Shown: positions 44,453-55,959, counted from the stretch's first letter. The stretch: 57,212 bases of DNA from an uncultured delta proteobacterium (GCA_963752595.1 CAVVYZ010000031.1:1-57212), one strand, 5' to 3'. Notes: a model not told the origin generated them from the sequence alone. Made by a program: numbers and translations.

Positions 44453-45865
44453 ATGAAGAAGGAAACACGCGAGTATAACTATGACTGGATGCTCTGGACC
44501 ACCATCACCGCCGCGGCAAGAGCCCTGGACGGGACAGAGAAGGAATATGAGAGCCTGAAAGGGGTCATCCCGAACTTCAGGAACGTCCTGTACGCTTTGT
44601 TAAGGCACGGAGAGCCCGGGCAGGCTCTTCATGAAGATGGCTGCGGAATATCTCACCGACATCATGACAGCACATAGCCAGGGCAAGAAGCTCTGCCTCG
44701 GCACCTTTGTCTCGGCAAAGCACCTGTTCTTCGCCTTTGACAACGTGGTGCCTGCCTGGGCCGAGATCATGACCGTATTCGGTACGCTAGTCTTGACGGA
44801 AGGGCACGGCAGAGTACATGGACTACTGCTGCGAGGTGGGGTTCACCGAGACATCCTGCTCGGCACAGCGCGGTTCGTTCGGGGCATACCTGGCAGGCCT
44901 TGCCGAGAAGCCCGATTTCTCTCGTCTGCGGCGCGCCCGGCATCTGCGACACGAATGCCAATGCGGTCCAGTTTCTCTCCTCCTACCTCGACCTGCCCAT
45001 GTTCCAGCTCAACTTCCCCTCGAAGCTCACGGGGAAAAGGATCGACGACTACCACCGCAAGGACTACAAGGCCCTGATCACATTCATCGAAGAGCAGTCG
45101 GGCTCAAGGCTGAACGAGGACAAGCTCAAGGATCTGCTCGAAGAGCAGAAGCGCCAGGACGAGCTCACCATCGAGCTCTATCGATCTCATGCGGCTTAAG
45201 CCCTGCCCGGTGCCGCCTATCTTCACCCTGTTCATCTATGCCGGAAGGCTCTCCATGCCGGGCAGAAAATCGTACACCGCCGTGCTCGAATCCATGCTTA
45301 AGGTGGTGCGTGACAATGCTGCCAAAGGGCTATGCCGGCACGAGCTCGAAAAAGGAGCGTGCGCGGCTCCTGATGTGCTACATCGACCACTACACCACGG
45401 ACGCACGGTTCTGGGAATGGATCGACTGCCCAGGAGATCAGCCTCCTGCCTACGCTCATATTCAACTTCTGGAACGAGGGCGTCAACTACGCGGAAGGCA
45501 GGGAGGACGAGACCTACCACATAGACACCTCCAGCCTGGATACCATGATCGACTCGCTTGCTGACATCAACTCCCGCATGCCCATGGTCAAACAGCTCCG
45601 GGGCCCGTACGACGCGCCCGGGATGTGGCGGGACGATCTCCTCTTCATGTCGAGGATCATGAAGCCGGACTTCCTGGTCTATGTCGGGAGCATGGGGTGC
45701 CGCAACAGCTGGGGAGCGAACAAGCTGCTCCAGCGCGACTGCGAGCGGGAAGGCCTCCCCACCATGCTGCTCTTTGCCGATGCCTTCGACGACCGGGTCG
45801 CCTCCTGGGAGCACTGCGTAGACAAGATCAGGCGAGTTCATGCACGTAAGGGGGATCTGTCATGA
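44453..45865 (+). CDS. BCR/HAD family Fe-S subunit (HgdA/BcrB-type), frameshifted
   Basis: ETSCSAQ, GICDTN, FIEEQSG, MGCR, DAFDDR. Confidence 0.8.
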
Positions 45866-46649
45866 TCGTCAGCAGGCTGTGACGTTGGATCACTGACCAC
45901 CAAGGCAGTCATCCTCAACAACACCCGGATCATCAGCCATGCGCTTGATCCCTTCGACGTTCAACCCGGAAAAATCCGCAGCCGAGGTCATGGACATGGC
46001 CTTGAGCGCCGCCGGGCTCACCCTGAAGGACATCGGGTTCTGCGTGGGCACCGGCTACGGCAGGGAGCGGATCCCTTTCGTGGGCAAGGCCGTATCCGAG
46101 ATCGCCTGCCATGCCAAGGGCGCCCACTGGCTGCTGCCTTCGGTCAGGACCATCATCGACATCGGCGGCCAGGACTGCAAGGCCATCCGCCTCGATGACA
46201 AGGGCAACATCGCCAGGTTCGTCACCAACGACAAGTGCGCCTCCGGCACGGGCAGGTTCCTCGAGGTCATGGCAAAGCTCCTGGGCGTAGAGCTCGAAGA
46301 GCTGGGGAAGCTCTCCGCCCAGGCCAGAAACCCCATCAACCTGGCTGCCACCTGCACGGCCTGGGCCCAGGCCGAGGTCATCATGCACCTGAACACGAAC
46401 ACCTCGAAGGCAGACCTGGCCGCGGGCATCAACAAGGCCATGGCAGCCAGGGTCGCGATCCTGGCCAAATCGGTCGGGGTGCGAGAAGGATGTGTGCATG
46501 ACCGGCGGCGTGGCAAAGAACGCCGGCGTCGTGTCAGGCCATGGAGAAGCAGCTGAACGTACCCATCCGCAGGCTCAGGGTGGACCCGCAGGTCATGGGT
46601 GCCCTGGGCGCGGCGGTGTTCGCCAGAGAAAAGACTGGGAGGGAAGTGA
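45862..46649 (+). CDS. ATP-dependent activator (HgdC/BcrAD ASKHA ATPase) 1
   Basis: GCDVGS, GTGYGR, SEIACHA, DIGGQD, NDKCASGTGRF, TGGVAKN. Confidence 0.9.
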
Positions 46650-47443
46650 TGTATTACCGCAGGATGTGATGTGGGTTCCTTGAGCGCCAAGGCGGTCATC
46701 ATGAAGGACGGCGAAATCGTGGCCTCGCACGTGATATTCGCAAAGCCCGAGCCCGGAGAGTCGGCCCGGAGAGGTGATGGACATGCGCCCTTGAAAAGGC
46801 CGGGCTGTCTCTGCAAGGATATCGCCTACTGCGTCGGCACCGGTTACGGCAGGGACTCCATCCCCTTTGCCGACGCGTGGAGTCCGAGATCGTATGCCAC
46901 GGCAAGGGTGCCCAGTGGCTCATGCCCGGAGGTGCACATGGTCATCGACATCGGCGGCCAGGATGCCAAGGCCATCCGGCTGGACGGATGCGGAAATGTC
47001 ATCCGCTTCGCCTACAACGACCGGTGCGCTTCGGGCACGGGCAGGTTCCTGGAGGTCATGGCAGGGGCCATGGGCATCAGGCTCGAAGACATGGGTGAGA
47101 TATCTGCTCCAGTCGACAAACCCTCTCTCCATCTCCAACCAGTGCGTGGTCTTTGCAGAGACCGAGATCATCTCGCTCATCAATGCAGGGAACAACCTCC
47201 CGGACATCGTGGGCGGGCTGCACAAGTCCCTGGCCCACCGGGTGGCAGCGCTCGCCAGGGGCATCGAGCTCGATCAGCGAGATCACCATGACCGGCGGGG
47301 TGGCGAAGAACTGCCGGCATGTTCGCTGCCATCGAAGAGGCGCTCGGCGTGAAGCTCACGAAGATCGGAGACCGACCCGCAGATCATCGGCGCCATCGGT
47401 GCAGCCCTCATCGCTGCAAGGCTGCAAACGGAGGCAGCTGTGA
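46649..47443 (+). CDS. ATP-dependent activator (HgdC/BcrAD ASKHA ATPase) 2
   Basis: DVGSLSAK, GTGYGR, DIGGQD, NDRCASGTGRF, QCVVFAETE, TGGVAKN across frames. Confidence 0.88.
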
Positions 47444-48193
47444 AGAATCGCATGGAACTCTTTGCCGACACCATCAAGGCAGTCCGATCCTTTGTGGAGA
47501 ACGCGCCTGCCCAGGAGGTCATGGCTTGCTGACACTGCCATAGCCCATGGCCGGCAGGAGGGAGCAGGAACATCGTCCTGAAAGAGGACATGGGGCTCGA
47601 ACTGGGCAGCCCGGGGAAGGAATCCGTCTCCTGCCTGCTGTGGACCGAGAACCTCGCGACAGTTGCAGACGGCCGGATAACCCTCGTCGGGCCGGATTTC
47701 CCGGAGAGCGCGGGCAAGAGCCTGCCTTTCGGCAAGGTGGTCCTGGTGGGGGTTGAAGGGTTCACCGAGGACAATGCCTATGACCGGCACAAGGAGCTGG
47801 ATTTCCTGCGCTACGACCTCGACCTCAAGGGCTTCATGATGAGGGCGGTGTCCCAGTACATGAGGGAGTGGTGCAGGATCAGCAGCGAGGCCCTGCTGAA
47901 GGGCTTTTCCGCACGGATCCTGGGCTCGGCTCTCATGGCCCTCTTCCGGAAGAAGCCCTATGTGAAGGCCGTCGAGGTGATCTTCCTCACCTCCAGCACC
48001 GGATGATGTGAGCAGGCTCAGGGAGATCACGGCGCCTGCGGAGAAGATCATCGCTGCCATGAACAAGATGGCGGCCGAGATGGATTTCGAGTGCGGGAGC
48101 TGCGACTACCAGGACGTCTGCGATGAGGCCGACGGGCTGAAAGCATGAGGGAAACGCTCATGGAAAAGTCAAGGGAGGCAGTCGCATGGCTGA
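47440..48193 (+). CDS. Stand-alone acetyl-CoA synthase (CdhC/AcsB) middle-domain-like protein with C-terminal CxxCx5C
   Basis: DGRITLVGPD..LPFG, REWCRIS.EAL.KGF, ECGSCDYQDVC; end approximate. Confidence 0.65.
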
Positions 48194-48959
48194 AACGAAA
48201 ATACTGGCAATGTGCGGCAAGGGCGGGGTCGGCAAGACCTCGCGTCTCTGCCCTCATGGTGAAGCTGCTGGCGAAAGACCAACGGCAGGAAGATCCTGGC
48301 CATCGACGCGGACCCGGCCGTGGGCCTGGCAACAGCACTGGGCGTACCGGTGAGGAAGACCGTGGACGACATCAGGAAGGGTCTCATTGCCAGGATCCAG
48401 AAGGGTGAACCCCAGGGAAGCCGGGAGACGAGTGAAGCTCCTGGACTATGAGGTCTTCGAGGCCCTCGAGGAGCGGGACGGCTTTGCGCTGCTGGCCATC
48501 GGCAGGCCCGAGGACGAGGGGTGCTTCTGCAGGGTGAACACCCTCCTCAAGGACATCATCGGCGACCTGGCCGACAAGTTCGACATCGTGCTCATCGACG
48601 GCGAGGCGGGTATCGAGCAGATCAACAGGCGGGTGATGAAGACCGTGGACCACCTGGTCCTGGTGTCGGACACCTCGGCAAAAGGCATCGGCGTGGCAAA
48701 CACCATTGCGCGGGTTGCCGGCGAAAGAAGGCGGTCGACTTCACAAAGCATGGGCCTCGTGCTCAACAGGGTGAGGAGCGAGGCTGAGGTGGAAGACATC
48801 AGCCGCAGGACAGGCCTCGAATCTACGGATGGATCTCGGATGACGACATTATCAGGGATTTCGACTTCACGGAAGGTCCCTGATCGGAGTTCCCGGACAC
48901 CTCGCCGCACACTCGGCGTGATTGCGAATGTCCTGGAGAAGATGAAGGTGATGATATGA
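48186..48959 (+). CDS. cooC: CooC/AcsF-family nickel-insertion ATPase (frameshifted)
   Basis: CGKGGVGKT, IDADP, GRPEDEGCFC (CxC), IDGEAGIEQINR. Confidence 0.8.
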
Positions 48960-49806
48960 ATGGTTCCCCCATGACTGTGATGCCTGGTCTATTTCTCCCA
49001 GACCGGTAATACGCGTAAAGTCGCCGAGGAAATGGCAGATGCTTTCCGAGGCAAAGGTCACAAGGTCTGCACATTATCCATGAAGGATGTAAAACAGACC
49101 GATATGAGAGGGATGTGACATACTGGGCATAGGAGCACCCTGCTTCGAGAGCCAGGCCCCGACTCTGTCAAAGGGTTTCTTCAAACATGGCCGCTGCTGC
49201 ATGGCAAGGCCGCCTTTGTCTTTGCAACCGCAGGCGGGGCTCCCGGCCGCGTACTCCATGACCTCGCGGCCGGGCTGCAGAAAAAAGGGCAGCGATTCTG
49301 GGTGGTTTCATGTGCCGCGGCATGGTGCATCATCCCGCCTCCTGCCTAACGGGCCGCATGCCGGGCCGACCCGACCGGGAGGATCTTGAGCGTGCCCGCT
49401 CGTTCGCCCTGGCAGTGGACAGGCATCTTGAGGACGGCGCTTCAATGCCAATGGCTGAAGGCATAAAGGACGCCATCACCCCCAAATGGGGGTTTTTATG
49501 ACATGGTTTCATTCATTGCCAAACCCTTCCTGCTGCGCATCCTCCTTCCCAGGCCGCACCCGGATCATTCCCGGTGCACCCAGTGCGGGTCATGCATGGA
49601 GGGATGCCCGATGCAGAGCATTGACCTGAAACCCTATCCGGTTGCGGACACGAAGTGCATCCGCTGCTACCACTGCCTGAATGCCTGCCCGCAGAAAGCC
49701 TTAAACGTATCCTGGCAATATGGCAACCTCGGTGATTCTGTCGCTGTACAACACGCTTTTCTTTCGCCTCTTCGGGGATCTAGAGCCAGGGGAAAGGATA
49801 TATTGA
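48956..49806 (+). CDS. EFR1-type flavodoxin-ferredoxin fusion (frameshifted)
   Basis: YFSQTGNT; CTQCGSCMEGCP and CIRCYHCLNACP. Confidence 0.85.
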
Positions 49807-49807
49807 T

Positions 49808-50936
49808 ATGCTGGTGATCATCGAAGATATTTGAAGACCTTCTGGAAAGCCCGCAGAACAGCCTCGTCGAGCAGGCCGTAGAAGAGGGACGCATACCCAT
49901 CGGGTACTCCTGCTCGTTCGTGCCCGAAGCCCTGCTCATGGCGGACGTCTTTTCCCGTTGCGTCTTCATGCAACAGGAGTCGCAGGCACCGAGATCGCCG
50001 ACAATTACCTGTCGAGCTTCATCTGCTCGTATGCGCGAAGTCTCCTCGAATTCGCCTTCGACGACCGGTACGACCTGGTGAAGGGCTGGGTCTTCGTCCC
50101 ATCCTGCGCGCACATGCAGCGACTCTACGACAATCTGGAATACCTCAAGAAACCTGCGTTCAACCATGTGATCGACGTACCGCGGAAGATCAACGATGCC
50201 ACGATTACCTGGCTGACAGAGGAACTCACAGTGCTCAGCGGACAGGCTCGCCGACCATTTCGGGGTGGACATGAGCGACGGCTCTCTCATGAAGGCCATT
50301 GCCGAGTGGAACAACTTCGCGCAAGCCATCAAGGCAATGGGAGACTTGAGGAAGAGATCTTACCCGCCCGTCACCGGCACCGAGTTTCACGCCCTGCTCA
50401 TGGCATCCCTGGCCTCGCCCAAGGACCTGATCCTGCCGAAAATCAATGATTTTTGCACAGAGATCGAAAAGCGCCCCGGCATTGGAAGCTATCGCGCCCG
50501 CCTGATGGTGGTAGGCGGGCACCTGCACGACCCGGAGTTCATCAGCATCATCGAGTCCCAGGGGGGGCTCGTGGTGGCCGACCGGTTCTGCACCGGGTCG
50601 ATCCCCGGGATCACACCTATCGAAGCGGCCGGGAGCGACCCCATCCGGGCACTGGCCGAGCATTCCTTCAAAAAGACCCTGTGTCCGCGCATGATGGAGA
50701 ACTTCGACATGCGGCTGCAGACGATCATCGACACGGTAAAAGAATACCATGTGGACGGCGTGGTCATCGAGATCATCAAATTCTGCGACCTCTGGGGCGT
50801 GGATTCCATGCCGCTGGTGAAGGCTTTGAGGAAAGAGGGAATCCCCGTGCTTAAATTGGAGCGCGAATACCGGCTGGGCGGAGAAGGACAGCTGCGGACC
50901 CGTGTTCAGGCCTTTATCGAGAGCATGGGAAAATGA
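49808..50936 (+). CDS. BCR/HAD family Fe-S subunit (HgdB/BcrC-type) 2, frameshifted
   Basis: GYSCSFVPE, FICSY, PSCAH, RFCTG, LCPR, KFCDLW, LEREY, QLRTRVQAFIE. Confidence 0.88.
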
Positions 50937-50958
50937 TGCCTTGCAAAGGAAGAAAGAG

Positions 50959-52587
50959 ATGACGAAGCATGAAGCAATGAGAACGGCCAGTGACATGATC
51001 CGGGGCCTGCCTTCACAGGCCCGCTTCTTCAGGGAGCATTCCTTGGAGATTATCCGGGATATGCGCTCCCTTTCGGCAAAAGATTTTCGGGTATACGCAA
51101 AGTACTGGCTGCTGATCTGGATGTGCATTGCAAAGGTGGTCGCGAAGAGGGGCCCAATAGGCTTCATCCGGGAGCTGATCCGCTACCCCTGGATGCTGCA
51201 CCTGCTCAGGGTGACCGGCCTGATGCGGAGGCTCTGCCGGGGGCGGAGCGGGCTCTACCTCGAATCCATATGCATCACGATCCACTCGGTGGCGGTCATG
51301 CTCGCCGAAATGCTGGAAGACCTGTTCTACCGCAAGGACCGCCTCATCATCACCGAAGAGATGGTGCCGCCGGACATCGCCCGCGCCATGGGGCTCAAGG
51401 TCTGGATGCTGGAGGCCATGGGGATACTCCTGCCCATGATGACACCCGAGTTCAACCTGAAATATATCGACGAGGCTGAGAACGCAGGCATAAACCCGGA
51501 TGCCTGCAGCCTTCCCAAGGCGACCGTGGGCATGGTCATCAATGGGCATATGCCGGGCGGTCTCGCCATGGTAAGCTCCAACATGCCCTGCGATGCAGGG
51601 ATGGCCTCATATTCATTTATCCAGCAGGAGTATGGTCTCCCCATGTACCGCCTCGATGTGCCGTACAATTTTTACAACGAGAGGGCGGAGAAGCTCTTTT
51701 CCGAAGACCTCAAAGGCATGATCGCCTTCCTCGAAGAGAACACGCCCGGCCGCATGGACTGGGACCGCCTCAAGCAGATCTGTGAAGGCAGGAACCGCAT
51801 GCTGGAGCTGGAGCTCGAGCTGTGGGACATGACCCGGGTGAGACCTGCCCCGCTGGCAGCCGAGGCCGTGTTCCTGAGCCACTTGTGGCATTTCAATCTT
51901 TTTGCCGGCGACGAGCGCTCAATACGGCATTACGAGCGCCTGGTGGACATGGCCAGGAAAAATCTCTCTTCAGGCACCCCTGCCACGGACAAGGAGAAAT
52001 ACCGGGCAGTGCTCTGGAACCCGCCCTTCCCCCATTTCGTCCACATCTTCAACAATGCGGAGCGCCTCTTCGGCGTCACCCTCATCAACGACAGCATGAC
52101 CTACAACCATCACACACCCATCGACACATCGACCCCGGACACCATGCTCAAAGGCCTGAGCATGGTCATCATGCAGGGCCCCATGGTCCGCCACACCAGG
52201 GGACCTGCGGAAAACTACCTCGATGACATCTTCCGCATGTGCAAGCAGTTTGATCTCGACATGGTGTGGGTTGCAAACCACGTAGGCTGCAAGAGCGGCC
52301 AGGCCATGAACGGCATGCTGAGGGAAAAGTGCCGCGAGAAGAAGATACCCGTGCTCATTCTCGATTACGACCTGCTCGACCCGCGCATCGTTTCCCAGGA
52401 GACCATGATGAGCCAGGTGGAATTCTTCATGGAAAACGTGATGAAGGCACCGCGCATGGATAGTGAGATGAGTCTGAGCAAGCAGAGGAATCAGCACTGG
52501 CAAAACCCTGCAGGAGCGAAAGCAAGTGCCGGAATACCAAGAAAGAACCGGACGGCTGATGTCCGGTCGATGCACCACGACACCTGA
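50959..52587 (+). CDS. BCR/HAD family Fe-S subunit (HgdA/BcrB-type) 2
   Basis: DACSLPK, MPCD, LDVP, FLEENT, HVGCK, DLLDPR. Confidence 0.88.
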   Translation: MTKHEAMRTASDMIRGLPSQARFFREHSLEIIRDMRSLSAKDFRVYAKYWLLIWMCIAKVVAKRGPIGFIRELIRYPWMLHLLRVTGLMRRLCRGRSGLYLESICITIHSVAVMLAEMLEDLFYRKDRLIITEEMVPPDIARAMGLKVWMLEAMGILLPMMTPEFNLKYIDEAENAGINPDACSLPKATVGMVINGHMPGGLAMVSSNMPCDAGMASYSFIQQEYGLPMYRLDVPYNFYNERAEKLFSEDLKGMIAFLEENTPGRMDWDRLKQICEGRNRMLELELELWDMTRVRPAPLAAEAVFLSHLWHFNLFAGDERSIRHYERLVDMARKNLSSGTPATDKEKYRAVLWNPPFPHFVHIFNNAERLFGVTLINDSMTYNHHTPIDTSTPDTMLKGLSMVIMQGPMVRHTRGPAENYLDDIFRMCKQFDLDMVWVANHVGCKSGQAMNGMLREKCREKKIPVLILDYDLLDPRIVSQETMMSQVEFFMENVMKAPRMDSEMSLSKQRNQHWQNPAGAKASAGIPRKNRTADVRSMHHDT

Positions 52588-52604
52588 ACGAGAGGGAGAC
52601 TGAC

Positions 52605-53399
52605 ATGGCAATAAGATTTTACGGCGGATGCGACGTGGGCTCAACAACAGGCAAGGCCGTCATCATCGACGAAGACGGCTCCATCATCGCCACATCAATT
52701 ATCCCGAGCGAGATCGATCCAGGGCTGACTTCAACGATCGCTTTGGAGAAGGCCTGCAGCCAGGTCCCGGGCTTAAGCAGCTTCCGAGACCTTGCCTGCC
52801 TTGTGGGCACAGGGTACGGGAGGAACGAGGTCGCCTTTGCCGACAGGAATATCTCGGAGATCAGCTGCCATGCCATGGGAACATTCACCTGCAATCCGGA
52901 CATAAAGACCATCGTCGACATCGGAGGGCAGGATGTGAAGGCCATCTCGCTGAACAGTGACGGATCGGTTCTGGAGTTTGCCATGAACGACAAATGCGCC
53001 GCAGGCACCGGGCGGTTCTTCGAGGCCATGAGCCGCATATTCCGTATGGACATATCGGAGTTCTCCGGGCTATCGCTCACGGCGAACAAGATCATACCGG
53101 TCACCGCTCAGTGCAGTGTATTTGCCGAGAGCGAGGTAATCAGCCTCCTGGCCAAACGCAACCCGCCCGAAGAGATCGCGGCAGGCATCCAGGCAGCCGT
53201 GTCCAAGCGGTGCTTCACCCTGCTCAAACGGATCGGCATGCAGCCCCTGGTAACCGTCACCGGTGGCTGCGCCAAGAATAAGGGCCTCATCAGGGCACTG
53301 GCAAAGATCATCGGCATGGAAGTGACGCAGCTGACGATCGACCCCCAGATCGTCGGGGCCCTTGGGGCAGCGATATTCGCCCGCAAGGCTTCTGCATAG
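52605..53399 (+). CDS. ATP-dependent activator (HgdC-type ASKHA ATPase) 3
   Basis: GCDVGSTTGK, GTGYGR, DIGGQD, NDKCAAGTGRF, QCSVFAESE, GALGAA. Confidence 0.93.
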   Translation: MAIRFYGGCDVGSTTGKAVIIDEDGSIIATSIIPSEIDPGLTSTIALEKACSQVPGLSSFRDLACLVGTGYGRNEVAFADRNISEISCHAMGTFTCNPDIKTIVDIGGQDVKAISLNSDGSVLEFAMNDKCAAGTGRFFEAMSRIFRMDISEFSGLSLTANKIIPVTAQCSVFAESEVISLLAKRNPPEEIAAGIQAAVSKRCFTLLKRIGMQPLVTVTGGCAKNKGLIRALAKIIGMEVTQLTIDPQIVGALGAAIFARKASA

Positions 53400-53534
53400 A
53401 TGAAGATCGGGGAGAACCCGGAACGCATTGAACGACATGCCGATGCTGATTTCGCAAAGAGCGGAGTATTGACATGCAGGAAGGTCATCAAAGGGACGGA
53501 GCGGCATTTCCGGGAATAACACTTGTCCGGATTT

Positions 53535-53568
53535 AATAAAAAGATGGTCGGGAAGCGGGGAATTTGAA
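53535..53568 (-). repeat. att-type duplicate of the tRNA-Pro(CGG) 3' end
   Basis: Matches 55950-55982 with one extra A. Confidence 0.88.
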
Positions 53569-53727
53569 ATATGAAATCATATAGCATTTAAGCTATTTTG
53601 CAGGACACTACGTGAAAATTACGTGAAAGTTAATAAATCAAGGAATAGAGATTGAGGGAATCGAACACCACCACACCCACTATGTCCAGCCATGTTTTGT
53701 GATCTGCATGCACATGTTTTTACACAA

Positions 53728-53773
53728 ACCCCTGAAGGACTCGAATACCCCGGCCTGCGGATTCGAAGTCCGA
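53728..53773 (-). pseudogene. Degenerate 3' half of tRNA-Arg(TCG)
   Basis: Minus strand TCGGA-CTTCGAA-TCCGC-AGGCC-GGGGTA-TTCGAGT-CCTTC-AGGG. Confidence 0.6.
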
Positions 53774-53908
53774 TAAGAGCAATAAAACACAAAAAAATAA
53801 CCCCTCGATCTTTAGTCTTATTTCCCATAACTACTCAATTTATGTTAATACATGATTTCCATCACCCATTAGGCCAAACCTTTATCAGACCTCACCATTG
53901 AACCTATT

Positions 53909-55612
53909 TTACTGTTTCCTCAGGTATTTGTTTCCTGGATACTCTACCCTGTAAACGGGAGGTTGGCGGACGATTCCTTCATGCCCGCTTGCTCTGTTTT
54001 TCAGAATTCGAATGAATTCGACAGAAGCGCTAGCTGTAAGGATAAGGGATTTGATTATTTCAGAACCTTTTGGTCGGCCGATGGCTTTGAAAAAAAGCTT
54101 CATCACCAAAAGGGTCTTCATGCGCGACCTGATGTTCGGACCAAACACAAAAGCAGGCAGCAGTGATGGGAAATAGCGCCCGGCCTCCTCTTTCATCACT
54201 TTTATTCTCTCCAGCATGAAGAGATCGACATCGGATTTGCCATTTCTTTCATACATCATCAAATCCGGGTTCCATGCCATACCTTCAGCCTGGCGTCCTG
54301 TATAATCCTTCACTGCCTGCATGTAGCCGGTAACTGCTGTTTCTGCCATCCTGACAATGGCTGGTCCGTTTGTTAAGTAATTTTTTCTGAATGCCTGCCT
54401 GAGAAGGCTTTCATGATCTTTCGGGCTTGTATAATGCGGATGGATGAAGCTCAGCTCTGCCGCGCCATGCTGGTGGCGGTATGGCACGTTTTTCAGGCGG
54501 TTTTCCTTCTTCAAGTCTTCGTAAAGCGGTGTCCCGGGCCATGGATGATAGTTCATGAACTGCACAAGATCTGTCTCAAGATCAATCACCCAATCTATTT
54601 CTTCTTTCATGGTGTCCTTGTCATGATGGTCATGAAAAAGGATTGTTGAGGCCAGAACTACTATTCCTTTTGACCTGAGTTCCCTGAAAAGATTCTTTAG
54701 ATCTATTCCTTTTGTCTTGTCATGCAGGTTTCTTTTGGATTCTACCCCTACCCAGATGCGGCTGATGCCTGCCCTGACCAGAAAATCGGTGCCGATTCGC
54801 CTTATGTTTTCAGCTGAGGAAAACGTAACGAAAACATATGGCTTTTTCACCTTTGTCATTTCATCAAGCAGCTCTCTTGCACGTTTGTCGTGCTTGAGAA
54901 AATTCTCGTCAAGCACCATGAAATTTTTTGCTCCCATCTCTCTGTCAGCACGGAGGCAGACATTGAAAATATCACTACCGCCAGGCAGAAGTGAGACATG
55001 CTCCTTTTTGAACATATGTGAAGTGATGCAGAATCTACATCCGTTTTCACATCCTACTCCCGGAAAAATTGCTGACCCTCTCGGTTTTGTGGGCATTCCA
55101 TAAACATAATTGTACAAGGGATTCTTGAGAACAGGATGAACAATCGGCGCATAAGGATTGTCTCCAAAATATTTCCTAAACCATTTTACTCCTTCGCCCC
55201 TGCAACACTCATCATGCGGCACAATCTCTTCAAGATCAGGGATAATGGTTCCGTAACCGCCAAGTATTATCTTTACCTCAGGATAATGCCGTCTGATGTA
55301 TTCAGCCATTCTTTTGACTTTGAGCACGTTGGGCACAATGAAAGAAATGGCGACGTACGAGTAGCCTTTCTCAAGCTCGTGGACGAAATCGTCCCATTTC
55401 GGAAAATCCAGCACAGTGCTTGGCACAGAGATATTTTCGGCAAGAAGATAGAGTGCGAATGTCAGATATGACTGGCGCGGCGAGTGAACTCCCTGTTGGC
55501 GTGTAACCTGGTTATTCAGAAGTTCCATCTGCATGCCGAGTTCCTCTCCCCATTCGTCTTTAATTCCGTATGGACCGAATACAGACGAGAAAAGTATCTT
55601 ATGCGTATTCAT
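53909..55612 (-). CDS. B12-binding-domain radical SAM protein
   Basis: KIILGGYG, GEG, GCENGCRFC, DENF, GVES, PWPGTPLY; intact 567 aa. Confidence 0.9.
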   Translation of the reverse strand: MNTHKILFSSVFGPYGIKDEWGEELGMQMELLNNQVTRQQGVHSPRQSYLTFALYLLAENISVPSTVLDFPKWDDFVHELEKGYSYVAISFIVPNVLKVKRMAEYIRRHYPEVKIILGGYGTIIPDLEEIVPHDECCRGEGVKWFRKYFGDNPYAPIVHPVLKNPLYNYVYGMPTKPRGSAIFPGVGCENGCRFCITSHMFKKEHVSLLPGGSDIFNVCLRADREMGAKNFMVLDENFLKHDKRARELLDEMTKVKKPYVFVTFSSAENIRRIGTDFLVRAGISRIWVGVESKRNLHDKTKGIDLKNLFRELRSKGIVVLASTILFHDHHDKDTMKEEIDWVIDLETDLVQFMNYHPWPGTPLYEDLKKENRLKNVPYRHQHGAAELSFIHPHYTSPKDHESLLRQAFRKNYLTNGPAIVRMAETAVTGYMQAVKDYTGRQAEGMAWNPDLMMYERNGKSDVDLFMLERIKVMKEEAGRYFPSLLPAFVFGPNIRSRMKTLLVMKLFFKAIGRPKGSEIIKSLILTASASVEFIRILKNRASGHEGIVRQPPVYRVEYPGNKYLRKQ

Positions 55613-55794
55613 GGCAGATCTCCTTTTGCCGGCTTTTTTGAAATCTCATATGGGCGAGATCGTTATTTTTTAAATCACTTGAGGTATTAACAGATTGCGA
55701 TGCGCAAGGGTGTAAAACTACTCTAAATTTAATGTAATAGTTTAATCACCAACAAGGCCTTTACCCGGTACTGTCAGGTAATAAATGTAGATAA

Positions 55795-55837
55795 TGGTGG
55801 AGGCAGGGGGAATCGAACCCCCGACCCATTCGTTGCG
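55795..55837 (-). pseudogene. 3' half of tRNA-Ala(CGC), from anticodon to CCA
   Basis: Minus strand CGCAA-CGAAT-GGGTC-GGGGG-TTCGATT-CCCCC-TGCCTCC-ACCA; no 5' half. Confidence 0.75.
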
Positions 55838-55959
55838 GGCGGTTGCCAGGAAGAAAGAAATTCTCGAAAAGAAAGTGATCAATATCAAATGGACAAAGAA
55901 GCGTGAAAACACGTGAAAGCTCTTTAGGGCCGGAGACCAAGTAAATATCAATAAAAAGA

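Noticed and set aside
41767-50300. Programmed frameshifting or mass pseudogenisation of the operon
   Set aside because: No consistent slippery motifs and the same indel pattern hits groEL, so sequencing error is more parsimonious
55795-55837. tmRNA 3' end or a complete tRNA
   Set aside because: It has an anticodon 3' strand and GGGTC variable loop like tRNA-Ala; no 5' half or tag ORF upstream
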